From Hamiltosporidium tvaerminnensis FI-OER-3-3 (lineage: Eukaryota; Fungi; Microsporidia), in NCBI GenBank assembly GCA_022605425.2, contig CM061253.1, forward strand, positions 744,001 to 808,000: DNA of 64,000 nucleotides, given 5' to 3'. Position numbers and translations under genes: made by a program. The notes under the pieces are model-generated. The model did no database searches. It was not told the origin of the DNA and was given only the letters and a program-made list of their open reading frames with translations. This document shows, piece after piece, positions 52,125 to 64,000 of the stretch; positions within the stretch are counted from its first letter, which is position 1, and every line of letters begins with the position of its first letter.

Positions 52125-52857
52125 TAGTGGAGGGAGGATAACCACATAAAGAACTTTCTGCTTGGCAATGAGTGTATGAAACTGATATAAGGTCATTGTT
52201 TGGATTTTTACTTGGAATTAAACCACACTACATCTTCGGTTGTTCCATGGGAGTTGTTATGAGGAGAAGAGGTCTATGAAATGGCGAAACTTTTTCTACA
52301 AATTTATTTGTAGTTTTTTATGTAACCAGATTACAGACCGCAGCTGAACATATAGGTAATTGCCATGATAAAGCATGGAAACCTAGCCTTGCTCACTCGG
52401 GTTAGAAGACTTAGCGCCTGGGAGATACAAAACAAAAAACCATTTAAAGCCAGGAAAGCTAAGTAGCAGGTTATACCTGTTCGTATGACATTGCACTGTC
52501 TAGGTAAACCTCATGTAAATCTCTGAAATATATCTTAGCTAGAAGTTTATTGGGTTCAGAAAGTGTAGAGTAAGTGGGAATGCTGCATAGTCTTGGGGGA
52601 GCCAAGGGGGGGGGGCTTCGGCCTTCGATCACACTCCATGCAACGGACATTAACGAACTCCGGGCAACTACCTCGCCTATTAATTAGGTTCTATACACCT
52701 AGTAGATGAAAGGCTTTGGGGCGTAGGTATCGCAGGGGTTACCGATGGAGTTTTGGGTAGCAGTTATTTATGTTAAACCTAGAACTGCGTTAATGTCATA
52801 AAAACAAATATAACACTTGCCACTATTTTAAAAAGATGTGATACTTTTAAATAAAGT
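52125..52857 (+). mobile_element. Best-preserved full-length SINE-like element (733 bp) with perfect 14-bp TSD
   Basis: TTTATATTTATTTG at 52111-52124 and 52858-52871; no long ORF; AATAAA at the 3' end; GGC-TTCG-GCC hairpin. Confidence 0.88.
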
Positions 52858-53431
52858 TTTATATTTATTTGCTTTACATTCCTTTTCTCTTATTTTCTTT
52901 TTTATTTTTTTTGCAGTTAATTTTTCATATATTTTTTGGGTTTAGTGGTATTTCAGTATAAATTCGTTTATGGCATACTCCGTATATCGGTATGGTATGA
53001 CATTTAACACTACAGACTTTTTTAAGTAATTTTAATTGCATAAATTTCATAAAATTCGAATAAGGTTCCTTTGATTTACGATAATTAAATTATTGATTTT
53101 GACATTTTTTTATCTAAAAAAAAATTTATGAAAAAAAAAATTTTACTATTAAATTTAATTAAATAAAAACAAAAATAATGTATGAAATGTGCAGAAAATT
53201 TGAATTACAAAAAAAATAAAAGTTTATTTCATTAGACAGTTATGAAAGATTAAAGTTGAAAGTCTTTTAAATTAAAGATTATGTTGATTTGATTGTGTTA
53301 GGTTGCAATCTTAAACGCTAAAAATAATTAAGAAAAAATGTCAAAAACTGTTATATTAATTAATGAGATATTTGAAGCTTTCAATTTGTTATTTTTTCAA
53401 ATATAAAATAATTAAATTGAATAACCGTCGA

Positions 53432-54661
53432 ATGAAAATCAGTAATTTTTGCCTTTTCAAATATTTATATTTTCCACATTTTCTTCACGCAACACTTACG
53501 AATATTCCTACTACAGATGTTCAAGAAATAAATGACGAGAGCAATTTTACATTGATAAGTCACGAAATAATCTCAAATTATTCATATATTAACATAGAAT
53601 ATCTTGCAAGCGGTGGATATGGTCATATATTCAAAGCTACGAATGTTTTTAGTGGTGAAACCGTAGTAATAAAAGTACCAAAATCGGAGAAAAATCAAAT
53701 TTCTCTTCATACCGAGAAAGATTTTTTGGATAATTGTGATCATCCAAATATCATAAAATATAATCGTGAATTAAAAATAAATAATAAATCATGTCTGGTG
53801 TTACCTTTCTATGAAGATACTTTAGCATCAGCATGTTTAAACGAATCTTTAGGTGACAGTGATATAAGATTTATTCTCAAACAAATTTTAGATGCTTTAA
53901 AGCATTTACATAGTAAAGGAATAATACATAACGACATAAAAATGGATAATATTTTAGTTAAAGACAAAAAATTTGTGAAAATTATTGATTTTGGTTTGAG
54001 CTGTAGAACGAATAAACCACTAAAAATATTTAAAAATGATGGTTTAGATACTCTCTATTATACATATGAATACCTTTCACCTGAACTCAGAAGAAACATG
54101 CTATATAATGAAAAAAGCGATATGTGGAGTTTTGGGTTTACAGTTAAACAATTGGAACAAAAAAACGGGTGGAACCCAAAATACCTAAAAAGTATCGGAT
54201 TTTTTGATTACAATAATTTTATTTCGTGTTTTCTAAATGATAAAGCGGAACACAGAATAAGTGCCTCAACTGCACTTATGAGTAGTTTTTTTGATTTTCT
54301 TTATGAATTTATATATTGTTTTTGTCCTATCGAAGATTACTATTTTATAAAAGATGATTTCATATATACCAAAAAAGATGATCAACTTATCATAACTTAT
54401 TACAAATCAAAAATTATATTGCATTGTAGTTGCAGTATAAAAGCAAAAAATTTTTATTATGAAAAAATACTTCAAGCAAAAATCAAAGACAGTGCATTTT
54501 TTTACTCAAATTATTCGCATAATTTTCAGTTCGGAAATCATTGTAACTTTATGATTACTTTTGGCTCAGTTAATTTTTTACTTTGTGAATTGGATGTATT
54601 TGAATTAGAAAACTTAAGAATTTGTTTTAATTTTCTTACAATTGGAAGAATTATTTATTAA
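53432..54661 (+). CDS. Ser/Thr protein kinase paralog 3, putative signal peptide
   Basis: ASGGYG, VVIK, HNDIKMDN, DFG, LSPE, DMWSFG. Start placed at Met24 (MKISNF) by alignment with the paralogs and a shared upstream TATAAAA. Confidence 0.92.
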   Translation: MKISNFCLFKYLYFPHFLHATLTNIPTTDVQEINDESNFTLISHEIISNYSYINIEYLASGGYGHIFKATNVFSGETVVIKVPKSEKNQISLHTEKDFLDNCDHPNIIKYNRELKINNKSCLVLPFYEDTLASACLNESLGDSDIRFILKQILDALKHLHSKGIIHNDIKMDNILVKDKKFVKIIDFGLSCRTNKPLKIFKNDGLDTLYYTYEYLSPELRRNMLYNEKSDMWSFGFTVKQLEQKNGWNPKYLKSIGFFDYNNFISCFLNDKAEHRISASTALMSSFFDFLYEFIYCFCPIEDYYFIKDDFIYTKKDDQLIITYYKSKIILHCSCSIKAKNFYYEKILQAKIKDSAFFYSNYSHNFQFGNHCNFMITFGSVNFLLCELDVFELENLRICFNFLTIGRIIY

Positions 54662-55098
54662 AAAGATAAATTTATAAAAATTTTTATTACTTTCAATTTT
54701 TTTTATCAGTGAAATTATCATTTGTTAGAAAAATTAATTTTTAAAATTTTGATTATTAGTTTCTTCAAAGTTTGTAGTTTTAAGAAGTTAAATGTATCTT
54801 GATAGCATCTTTTCAGTGCTTTAAATTAAAAAATAAATAATATTTAGATTTGGATTTGGTAATTGATGAAGATAGAAAAAATCTACAAAATACAATCTGC
54901 TTGGTGATGATTATCTGAAATAGGTGCAAAAATTATTATTTGAATTTTTGAAGGATAGAAACAAAAAAATAAATTTTTATTTGCCCATCTGAACATGTAT
55001 AAGAAGGAGATGGTCTATAAAATAAGGAAATTTTTTTAAAAAAAGTATGTTTAAAGTATTCTATATACCTAAATTAGAAATCAAAATCAATATTGAAG

Positions 55099-55595
55099 GT
55101 AATTGTCATGTAAAAGCATGGAAACCTAGCCTTGCTCACTCGGGTTAGAAGACTTAGCGCCTGGGAGATACAAAACAAAAAACCATTTAAAGCCAGGAAA
55201 GCTAAGTAGCAGGTTATACCTGTTCGTATGACATTGCACTGTCTAGGTAAACCTCATGTAAATCTCTGAAATATATCTTAGCTAGAAGTTTATTGGGTTC
55301 AGAAAGTGTAGAGTAAGTGGCAATGCTGCATAGTCTTGGGGGAGCTCAGGGGGGCTTCGGCCTTCGATCACACTCCATGCAACGGACATTAAAGAACTCC
55401 GGGCAATGCCTCGCCTAGTAATATGGTTTTACACACCTGGTAGATGAAAGGCTTTGAGACATAGGTATCGCAGAGGCTACCAATGGAGTGTTCGAGTAGC
55501 AGTTATTTATGCTAACCTTAGAACTGCGTTAATGTCATGAAAACAAATATAAAACTTGCTACTGTTTTAAAAAAAGATGTGATATTTTCAAAAAA
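55099..55595 (+). mobile_element. 5'-truncated copy of the SINE-like element
   Basis: Near-identical to 52355-52850; begins abruptly at GGTAATTG. Confidence 0.9.
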
Positions 55596-56195
55596 AGACT
55601 AGAAATATGTGCAGATAACAATAAAAGGATAAAGAAAACGAATATCACACATATCTAGTATCATAATCAGCAACAAAAATATATTTAGTAGTAAAATATT
55701 AGAATAAAAAAAATATTCATTGCTTGTTTTTGTTGTTCATCTAGATCAGTATTTTTTAAATAATTATTTGCAAACGTTCCTCGATTTTGTTTGTATTAAG
55801 AAGCTTTATTCTTCAGTTGATACCTTTTTGAAGAATAAAGTTGTTATTTAAACAATTATTTCGTTCATATTTAATGTCTTTTGTTACTCTAATATTTTCA
55901 ATCTCCTTATAATATCATTATCATACGAATGCAATAATTAAATATAAAATTTTCTATTTTTGCTTTAAAACCAAAAATTCCTAATAAAAGTTCGAAACAA
56001 TAAAAACTGATGAAAATGATAGTAACATGGATTTGAAATGTATTATAAGCAAACTAACCAAACACTATTAATTCTAAAGTACAGTAAAAATATAAAAATA
56101 GAAATATTATTTGGAACTAAAAAAATATAATTTATTAGTTCATGCTTTTTAAGAAACACAAATATTTGTTTATTAAATTTTTTTTTTTCAAAATT

Positions 56196-57437
56196 TTAAA
56201 ATTCCATTTCTCCCTTTAAATTTTCTATAATTTTCTCTTTCCAATATTTTTTTGGGAAATTTTTAAGAACAAAAGCCAATTTACAATATGCTGCTTCACT
56301 TGTAATCCATTTGCCTAATACGCAACCAAATGTTTTTAAAACATTTCCACATTCATACAAATCTTCAACATTACCTTCTAAACACTGAGAAACCACCACA
56401 ACAATATTTCCTCTCTCAATATATTCTTTTAACAAAGAAAGTAAATCTGTACGTAAAATACAAAAATTTCCACTTCCATAACACTCCAATACACATCCCA
56501 TACTTTCTTTGAGAAATATTTCAAAAATATTTTTAGAAATACCAGGATATATTTTTAGTAGAGCAACATTCTTAGAAAATTTATATTTTTGTTCAAATCC
56601 AATATTTTTTAAATCTACGGAATTTTTCTCAAATTTTTCATTTTCACTATTTTGGAGTATAAACTCAAAAAAATTCAAAGTTTCTTTATTTTTAGATAAA
56701 TTAAACTCTTCACCTATAAATTGCTTTGAAATTTCATTTTGTATATTTTCTATCAATTCGATACTTTCTGCTTTTCCAATACCGAATACTTTCTCTTTTC
56801 TAGACCAGAATCCTTTAAAACCACATGAAGTTATTTTACGTGCTTTTACACCGCTGTGTAAAAAACCGCTAAAATACAACCAAACATTACATTTCATCTC
56901 TCTTTCTAACATAAGACCGCATATTTCTATCGCTCCTATTAAATTATTCATTCCTTTTAAATCAATAACTACTGGCAGTTGTGCACCAGTAAATATTATT
57001 GGACTTTTTGTATTTTTTATTGCGAATGAAACAGCTGCCATCGCATATGACATCGTATCTGTACCATATATAACGACATATCCATCATAACGACATGTAT
57101 CTATAATATTACATAACATACTCCAATCACTGATATCTACATTAGATGAATCTATTATTTTATTCAACTCACACAATTTAAATTCTATTTCAAGATATGA
57201 ATTTTTCAATAAAAAAGTTTTTTTATACAAAACATATGATTTATTTTTTTCACGTATTTCACCATCAAATATATTCTTTTTAAAATTACTTTTTTCAGAT
57301 TCAAAATTTTTTTTAAAAATTTCATACACATTATTTTTTTTAACTGTAAAACCGTTTTCACTAGAAACCATTCCAAATGTACCGCCACAATGAATTACTA
57401 GTATTTTGTTTTGTTTGGACTCTTCACCCTTCATCAT
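56196..57437 (-). CDS. L-asparaginase, type I (AnsA-like)
   Basis: HCGGTFGM, IDSSN, YGTDTM, IIFTGAQLP, LECYGSGN, SQCLEG, TSEAAYCKL, NLKGEM. Start placed at Met30 of the track ORF. Confidence 0.92.
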   Translation of the reverse strand: MMKGEESKQNKILVIHCGGTFGMVSSENGFTVKKNNVYEIFKKNFESEKSNFKKNIFDGEIREKNKSYVLYKKTFLLKNSYLEIEFKLCELNKIIDSSNVDISDWSMLCNIIDTCRYDGYVVIYGTDTMSYAMAAVSFAIKNTKSPIIFTGAQLPVVIDLKGMNNLIGAIEICGLMLEREMKCNVWLYFSGFLHSGVKARKITSCGFKGFWSRKEKVFGIGKAESIELIENIQNEISKQFIGEEFNLSKNKETLNFFEFILQNSENEKFEKNSVDLKNIGFEQKYKFSKNVALLKIYPGISKNIFEIFLKESMGCVLECYGSGNFCILRTDLLSLLKEYIERGNIVVVVSQCLEGNVEDLYECGNVLKTFGCVLGKWITSEAAYCKLAFVLKNFPKKYWKEKIIENLKGEMEF

Positions 57438-57804
57438 AATAAGTTTTAATTTATTTTTTTTATATATTTTTATAATCAATATTTTTTCTTCTAATTCTAG
57501 AATAAAACAAATATTGATTGGCATCTAAGCAATATGACTAGTTTTTAATTAATTGTAATTTTGATTAATTACAAATTTATTTCTTTAAATATTTTCTTAA
57601 AAAGGTTTAAGCGCTTCATTTTTTTCTTTGAATCTAACTTTGAAATTTATAAGAAATCTTAAAGTATTTTTATATTTTAAAAATATAAAAATATTTGGAT
57701 GAAAATTTGTTATGTTCGTTATTTTAGATTTTCATATTGAAATATCAAAGAATAGAAATTTTAAATAAATTTAAATTCCATTTTAGTTTATAAGTTTTGT
57801 ATGT

Positions 57805-58310
57805 TTTATCTTTTTTTTTTTTGGATTTACGATGAGAGTTACTTTGAAAAGTAAATAAAGAAATGAAATACTATTTTAAAGAACTTCGAATTAGTTTATC
57901 TTTTTTTTTGGATTTACGATGAGAGTTACTTTGAAAAGTAAATAAAGAAATGAAATACTATTTTAAAGAACTTCGAATTAGTTTATCTTTTTTTCTGGAT
58001 TTACGATGAGAGTTACTTTGAAAAGTAAATAAAGAAATGAAATACTATTTTAAAGAACTTCGAATTAGTTTATCTTTTTTTCTGGATTTACGATGAGAGT
58101 TACTTTGAAAAGTAAATAAAGAAATGAAATACTATTTTAAAGAACTTCGAATTAGTTTATCTTTTTTTCTGGATTTACGATGAGAGTTACTTTGAGAAGT
58201 AAATAAAGAAATGAAATACTATTTTAAAGAACTTCGACTTAGTTTATCATTTTTTAATTAAAGAATGATTTGAAAAGTACAAAAAAATAAAATATTATTT
58301 AAAGAACTTA
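57805..58310. repeat. Minisatellite, 87-bp unit, 5 near-perfect copies plus a degenerate one, upstream of the asparaginase gene
   Basis: GGATTTACGATGAGAG at 57823, 57910, 57997, 58084 and 58171. Confidence 0.95.
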
Positions 58311-61300
58311 GAATACTTTTAACATTAATTACATTTAAGTCAGGTATGATTTTAACGTGTTTTCTGAAACTACAATTTTTTTAAATTTTGATTAATTTTT
58401 TACTTAAAATAAGAAATTGTAGAATCTAAATTCAAACAAAAAATCAATTTAACCATAAACAGTAATTTTATATATAATTTAAAACAAAAAACCAATTTAT
58501 CAGTTATTTAATTAAAAAGTTTAAAATGACTAAAATGGATGTTAAAAAGTATAAAAATACGTAAAAAATTTGCAGATAAAATGAAAAAATCAAGTACCAT
58601 CATTGTTTAAAAAACTTTTTATAAACTTCTTTGACATTACTATTTTTATTTTAATAAAGTTTTCTGATTATTACACGAAACTAGAATCACATTTTTTAAA
58701 TATATTTAGCAAGAGTACTAAATAATAAATACCAACAAGACTTACACGTAAAAACCAGGAAAAAAAATATTTGCCGAATATAATGAAATATTTTTGAATG
58801 ATTTTAGAAAAGCGTTCTTATCTTGCAATGTATTATGAAATAAATATTTGATAACAAAAATTCGATTAAATAGAATTATAAGCATTGTAAATATAAAAGA
58901 ATAATAACCTACTTGTACTTCAATTTTAACATTTTTCTAAGCTTTTTTAATACATAGAAACTTTTTTAGCCCAAATAAGGAAACTAGCTTATTGATTTAA
59001 AACTGAAAATATTCCTAAAAATAACAGAAAATGTAATTTAAGTTGGAATATAATGTGTTTTGTATATGAAAATGGTTTTGAATATCTGAAAAGCATTTCT
59101 TCTCTTTTAAATTATTTAAAAATAAAATCACTGTACTTCTAATATATTCTAAAAGCGTAAGTAGATATCATTTTTAAAACATTTTTGTAAGAACCAAATC
59201 TAATATTATTAAACACAATGATGTTTAAAAAATGAAATTAAAGAAAAAAGAATTATTTTGATCGTTTTTGAAGACTGGAAACTATTTTGGTAAATTTGTT
59301 TTTAGCAACTAATTAATAAAGGATATTTTATGAATTTATATATAAGCTGAGAAAAGCTCAAATATTGCAAAAATATTTAATCCTCTACTATTATTATATA
59401 ATTGATTTATATAGATTTATTGATTTAATCATGATTATAAATCAGATTACTAATAGATTTTAAAATAATTTTTTATAAAAATCAACTTTATATTTGTTGA
59501 TTTACAAATTATGACATGCTTATACAATGGCATTAAGCCCAGAAGAGCCTTGTCTGATTCTTTAGTAAATATTACAAATTTATAGCTTAAATATGATTAA
59601 ACCAGGCTGTGTTTCTATAAAAAACATAAATATCTACAAAATAACTATATAATTGAATTTTAAGTAATAAATCGCATATTTTCATGTCCAAATGACTTCA
59701 AGAAAAAAATTTACAATAAATTTGTCTAAAAAAGTGACAAATATAAAAATTTAAAGCTTAATTATATTGTAAAGCTAATCAACTATTATATAAAAATTAT
59801 TCATTAAAATTATGAATTAAAGGTATATCATAAATAATTCGGAAAAGCTTTTGGTTGTCAAAAGCTTGTAATTTTGCTTTAAGATACTTATTTGATTCTA
59901 TATATTCATATATATTTGAGATTATATCGTCATTGAACGGTTAAAAAAGTTCTATTAATGAATTTTTGTATCAAAATGATCAAGTTTATAACAAAAGTGG
60001 TAAAAATGACCAATTTTTTTTACTGGTAAATCGTTCGTAAACTAAAAATAAACTTACTAGAAAAAAGCCATTTTTTACAGCGCGTAATGTAAAACCATCT
60101 CATATCTATACGGAATTTAAATGCAAACTAAGATATAATTAAGAAGTTTGAATAGACTGAAAGTGAAAAGTCTATTGTTTTTTTATGAATCATTGGCCCG
60201 AAATGGAATAATTCTATACAATATATCATATACATAGAGTATTGCAAAAATAGACATATTCCGTGTAGTTAATCTCTTCGAATATATTGAAAATCCAAAT
60301 AAATCAATTTCAAGTATTTTATAACTATCTGATGGAAGAATCTCAAAAAAATACCACGAGTTTTCAACTTAATACTACTAATATAAATATATTATTAAAG
60401 AAGAAATCATGGCAAATTTTGTTAGCTGCCATTTATTTCTTATCTAATAAAATTCAAAAAATAAATCTAATTATTACTTTTCTAGATTAATCGAAAATAA
60501 TTATCTATATTAAGTAAATATATCGAAGAAATATTTAATTTGAAAAAAAAATGATTCTAGTTCGAAAATTATATGGAAAAACGCATAAAAAACTAATAGA
60601 ATAGAAACCTTAAAGATAAATTGCATTGAAAAAATTATAAAAAATCCATTACAAAAAATATGATTAATCGACTCATTAGAATATTCATCTTTTAAAAAAC
60701 AATCTATCTTAATATGAAGGCAGATAAAGAATAAAGTAATAAATTTGGCGCTGAAAATTACCAGTATATAAGTATATTTTTTATAATAATTTCCAGATAT
60801 AAAATCTAGGCTATGATTATAATTTGAAATGAGTTTCTGTAAATTTTAAAACTGAAATATTTGGTATGCGCTAAAAACTGATCACAAATATATAAAAAGT
60901 ACAAATCTTTATATGAAAAATTAAGGATTTCAAAGGTAAAAAAACGTAAAAATATGGCTGTTTATATTCAACAGATGGTTAAAGAAAATTAAATTTCGAA
61001 TTTTTCTTTAAAATATTGAGAGTTAATACATTCTAGCTTGTTCTTATTATAAATTTTTAATGATTTAATTTATAATCTAGTGATCAATCTTTCAAGCTTA
61101 AAGATAATTCTAAAAGTATTTTATATGCTAAAAATACTTTTTTTAATAAATTTTCCTAAAAACGTAGATAATTCTCATTAAAGAAAATATGCTATCCTTC
61201 AATCTTATATTAAAAATATTTGTATGATATAATAGTCTATCATATTGCTTTACGATTTCGAACATATTGAGTAAACCTTTATCCGTTTAAATAATGAAGT

Positions 61301-64000
61301 GAATTCAAGTTAAATAATGGCAATCAAATCATTATCTTTGATCTTATCTAATAGCCGTTATGGATTGATAATGAGAATTTTATATAAATTAGAACAATAA
61401 TACATTCTAGGAAAATTTCTTTAATACAACAGATCAAAAACCAAGGATAAAAAAATTTAAAATATAGAATATTAATCACGAAAACTTAAGTTTCGGTTAG
61501 AATATAATAAAAATAAAAAGGAGTTAGGTAATTGAAGGAACATTGACTTTACAATTAAACAAAAAAATATTGTTTTCTTAAACTTCATTAGCGAGCTACA
61601 GGTTCCAAAATTCTTATTTCTGTTATTATAATCAAAATTGGTCTAATTAGTCGTATATTTTTTTTATTGCTTCATAACAGCTCTTCTGAAACCCTTGTGT
61701 CCCTAGCAAAATTTTAAGATCTTAGTAAGTTATCATAATTTCCGCCCTTTTTCTATTTGCTTTTAATTTTCTAAAATTTCAAATAATTTCTACTATTGTC
61801 ATCTAAGTTTATCATAGATTTTCTTTTTATTCAACTCCTTTTTCGTCGCCATTTATTCTTTCTACGTGTTCTCTTTGTCTGAAAAAGAAAGCATTTTACG
61901 ATCCTGATGTATTTATTGTTCAATTGAATTTTTTTTTTTTTATCTTTGATATTATTTTTATTAGTGATTTTTAAATTTAAGCAAGTATAGAATTTTATTA
62001 TAATATTCGGACTTTTTAATATTATAGAATTAATAAGAATATAAATACTCAGATAATAGTCATCAAAACATAAATTATAAATATTATTTTTACGTATTAG
62101 TAAAAAATATTGGCAATGAAATCAGAACAAATGAATTAAATTAAATCTTAATTTAAAAAAAAAGCAAAACAAATTTTTAGAGTTATTCTTAATATATTAC
62201 AATCTATGAAGAGTATTTAAAATATTTAGTGCAAATATCTTTATGGATCAATTTATTGTTTTGAGATGTTTTATGTTCTACTTCTGCACACAATTATTGG
62301 TTGTATAAGATTTATTTATATTACTATGAGTCATATTTTTAATCAGAACATTGATGGGTTATATTTTTCGATTCAATTAAAGACACCAAAGTATATCTTC
62401 CCGTTGTGACATTACTCGAATATATAAAAGAAGATATGAAAATTATAATAAAGACAAGAAAATTTCATTTAAATATACAATTAATAAAAATAAAATCAAA
62501 AAATGCATACAGTAAATTATTAATAATCTTCTATTTATTTTATACATATCGCGTTTTTTACCAATAATGCGTATTACAAATCTTACTTAAAACCTACCAA
62601 TTATTTTAAGCTGAATAAGAAACTTAATCTAGAAACCACATTTTATAGCTTTTTATTCATAAAATTTCATAACAAAACAGATAAATTACAAACAGATACA
62701 ACCAACCAAAAATTTTAATAAATACTTTTAAAATATATTTTTATTTTTTATTAGACCGCAGAAAATATATGTAAGGATATAATATTTTTTTAAAAAAACT
62801 TTATTTTTTGTATTTAGATTTTTTTATAATTATAATTCAGAGCTATAATTTTAATTTCGATTTTTTAAGAATTACTTCTTGATCATTTTTATATTATCCA
62901 GTGTTTTAAATTGAATCGATATATTATTAAGTATAGGCGTACATAAATTTCAACAAATTTTATTATTTCAAAAATATAAATTAAACAATATAATAATTTC
63001 TTAAAAAGAAATAGTAAATACATAGTAAAAATATTTTTTTAATAAATCATACGCTTTCGTTAATATTTTTATTTTATATTAAAAATATCAATACTACAAT
63101 ATAAGAAATAAAATCCGATTAATTAGATATGATTTCTGATTCTTTGTTATTTTAAAGAAAATTCGTTAAATTTTTTAGAACAAAATGTTTGCTTGCCTGC
63201 ATTCCAGCAAGAAATGCAATATGTTTAAATTATTCTAATAGAATTCTTTCTTTCCTAAGATTCCTTTAATTCGAAAAAAGGTTTATATCATAGATTGACA
63301 TTTTCATTTAAAATTTCAATTAAAAATTATAGGATTTCAAAATATAGTAAATATTTTCCACGCAATTCATTCATAGTCTGTATAGATCTGCATAAAAAAT
63401 TAAAATCTAAACATATCACATTCCTTTAATTATATCCAAAATGGCTGTTATAAATATAATTGATATTTGCTCTTGCAGCCGATCCTCTTTTTATATTAAA
63501 GCAAAAAACTCGAATTGTATGTTTGAGCACTAAGTTCTGAATATATGATATTAACTTTAGATATTCATTAAAAAATAAAATATAACTGTGATACTCACGA
63601 ATATTGTAAAGTTTTGTTAAATATAAAATAGAACGCAATAAATGCGGGCTTCGATCAAAAAAACAAGCTAGGAAAAAACCCCCGATCGTTTTTCTAAAAA
63701 TTTCATACAATCAAATAAGCCAATTCATAAAAATAGACTAAAATTTTTTAAATCAGCTAAAAATTCAAAATTATTAAATTCGTGATATTTTATAAAATAT
63801 AAATTCGATTAAAACACCCTCAATGAACATCATAAATTTTTGTTTTTTGAAACGCTTATATTTTTTGAATTTAGTTTGCTCATCACATATTTCTAATACA
63901 AATAAACACAAAAAAATAAGCAAAGAAGATTTTCAAAATTTGGGCCACGAAATAACGACATATTATTCGTACGAGGATACAATTCATTCTTCGCCTGATA

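Noticed and set aside
52123-52878. Solo LTR reading (TGTA...TACA) of the 730-bp element
   Set aside because: No 4-6 bp TSD at those ends, other copies lack the termini, and a perfect 14-bp TSD defines different boundaries.
56509-57090. 193-aa antisense ORF in asparaginase (similarly 15886-16251, 3889-4251, 22229-22561)
   Set aside because: Antisense shadows of real genes with non-ATG or weak starts and no motifs.
58400-64000. Genes in the terminal 5.6 kb
   Set aside because: Only short ORFs without motifs; probably decayed sequence that cannot be assigned by eye.

Overview
Very AT-rich, gene-sparse eukaryotic DNA with intronless, compact genes and short CC/CCC motifs just before start codons. 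This is most consistent with a large-genome microsporidian (Hamiltosporidium-like; inference). It holds about 13 plausible genes: a CE4 deacetylase-like GPI protein, TAF7, primase small subunit, an aldo-keto reductase, a cyclin, an MTR4 helicase split by two frameshifts, an SWP7-like secreted protein, three paralogous signal-peptide kinases, a type I L-asparaginase and hypothetical proteins. Intergenic DNA contains relics of RTE and REL-type non-LTR retrotransposons, KRBA2/Ginger-like integrases and a Buster-type hAT MITE. Three things stand out. (1) A ~730-bp non-coding, hairpin-rich, TSD-flanked SINE-like element is present in 8 copies. (2) A 23.4-33 kb island carries TTAACACCC/GGGTGTTAA repeats that invade both spacers and the MTR4 CDS, repeatedly as G-rich half followed by C-rich half. 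(3) The secreted non-RD kinase family appears mosaic. All calls are from reading the sequence by eye; no searches were run.
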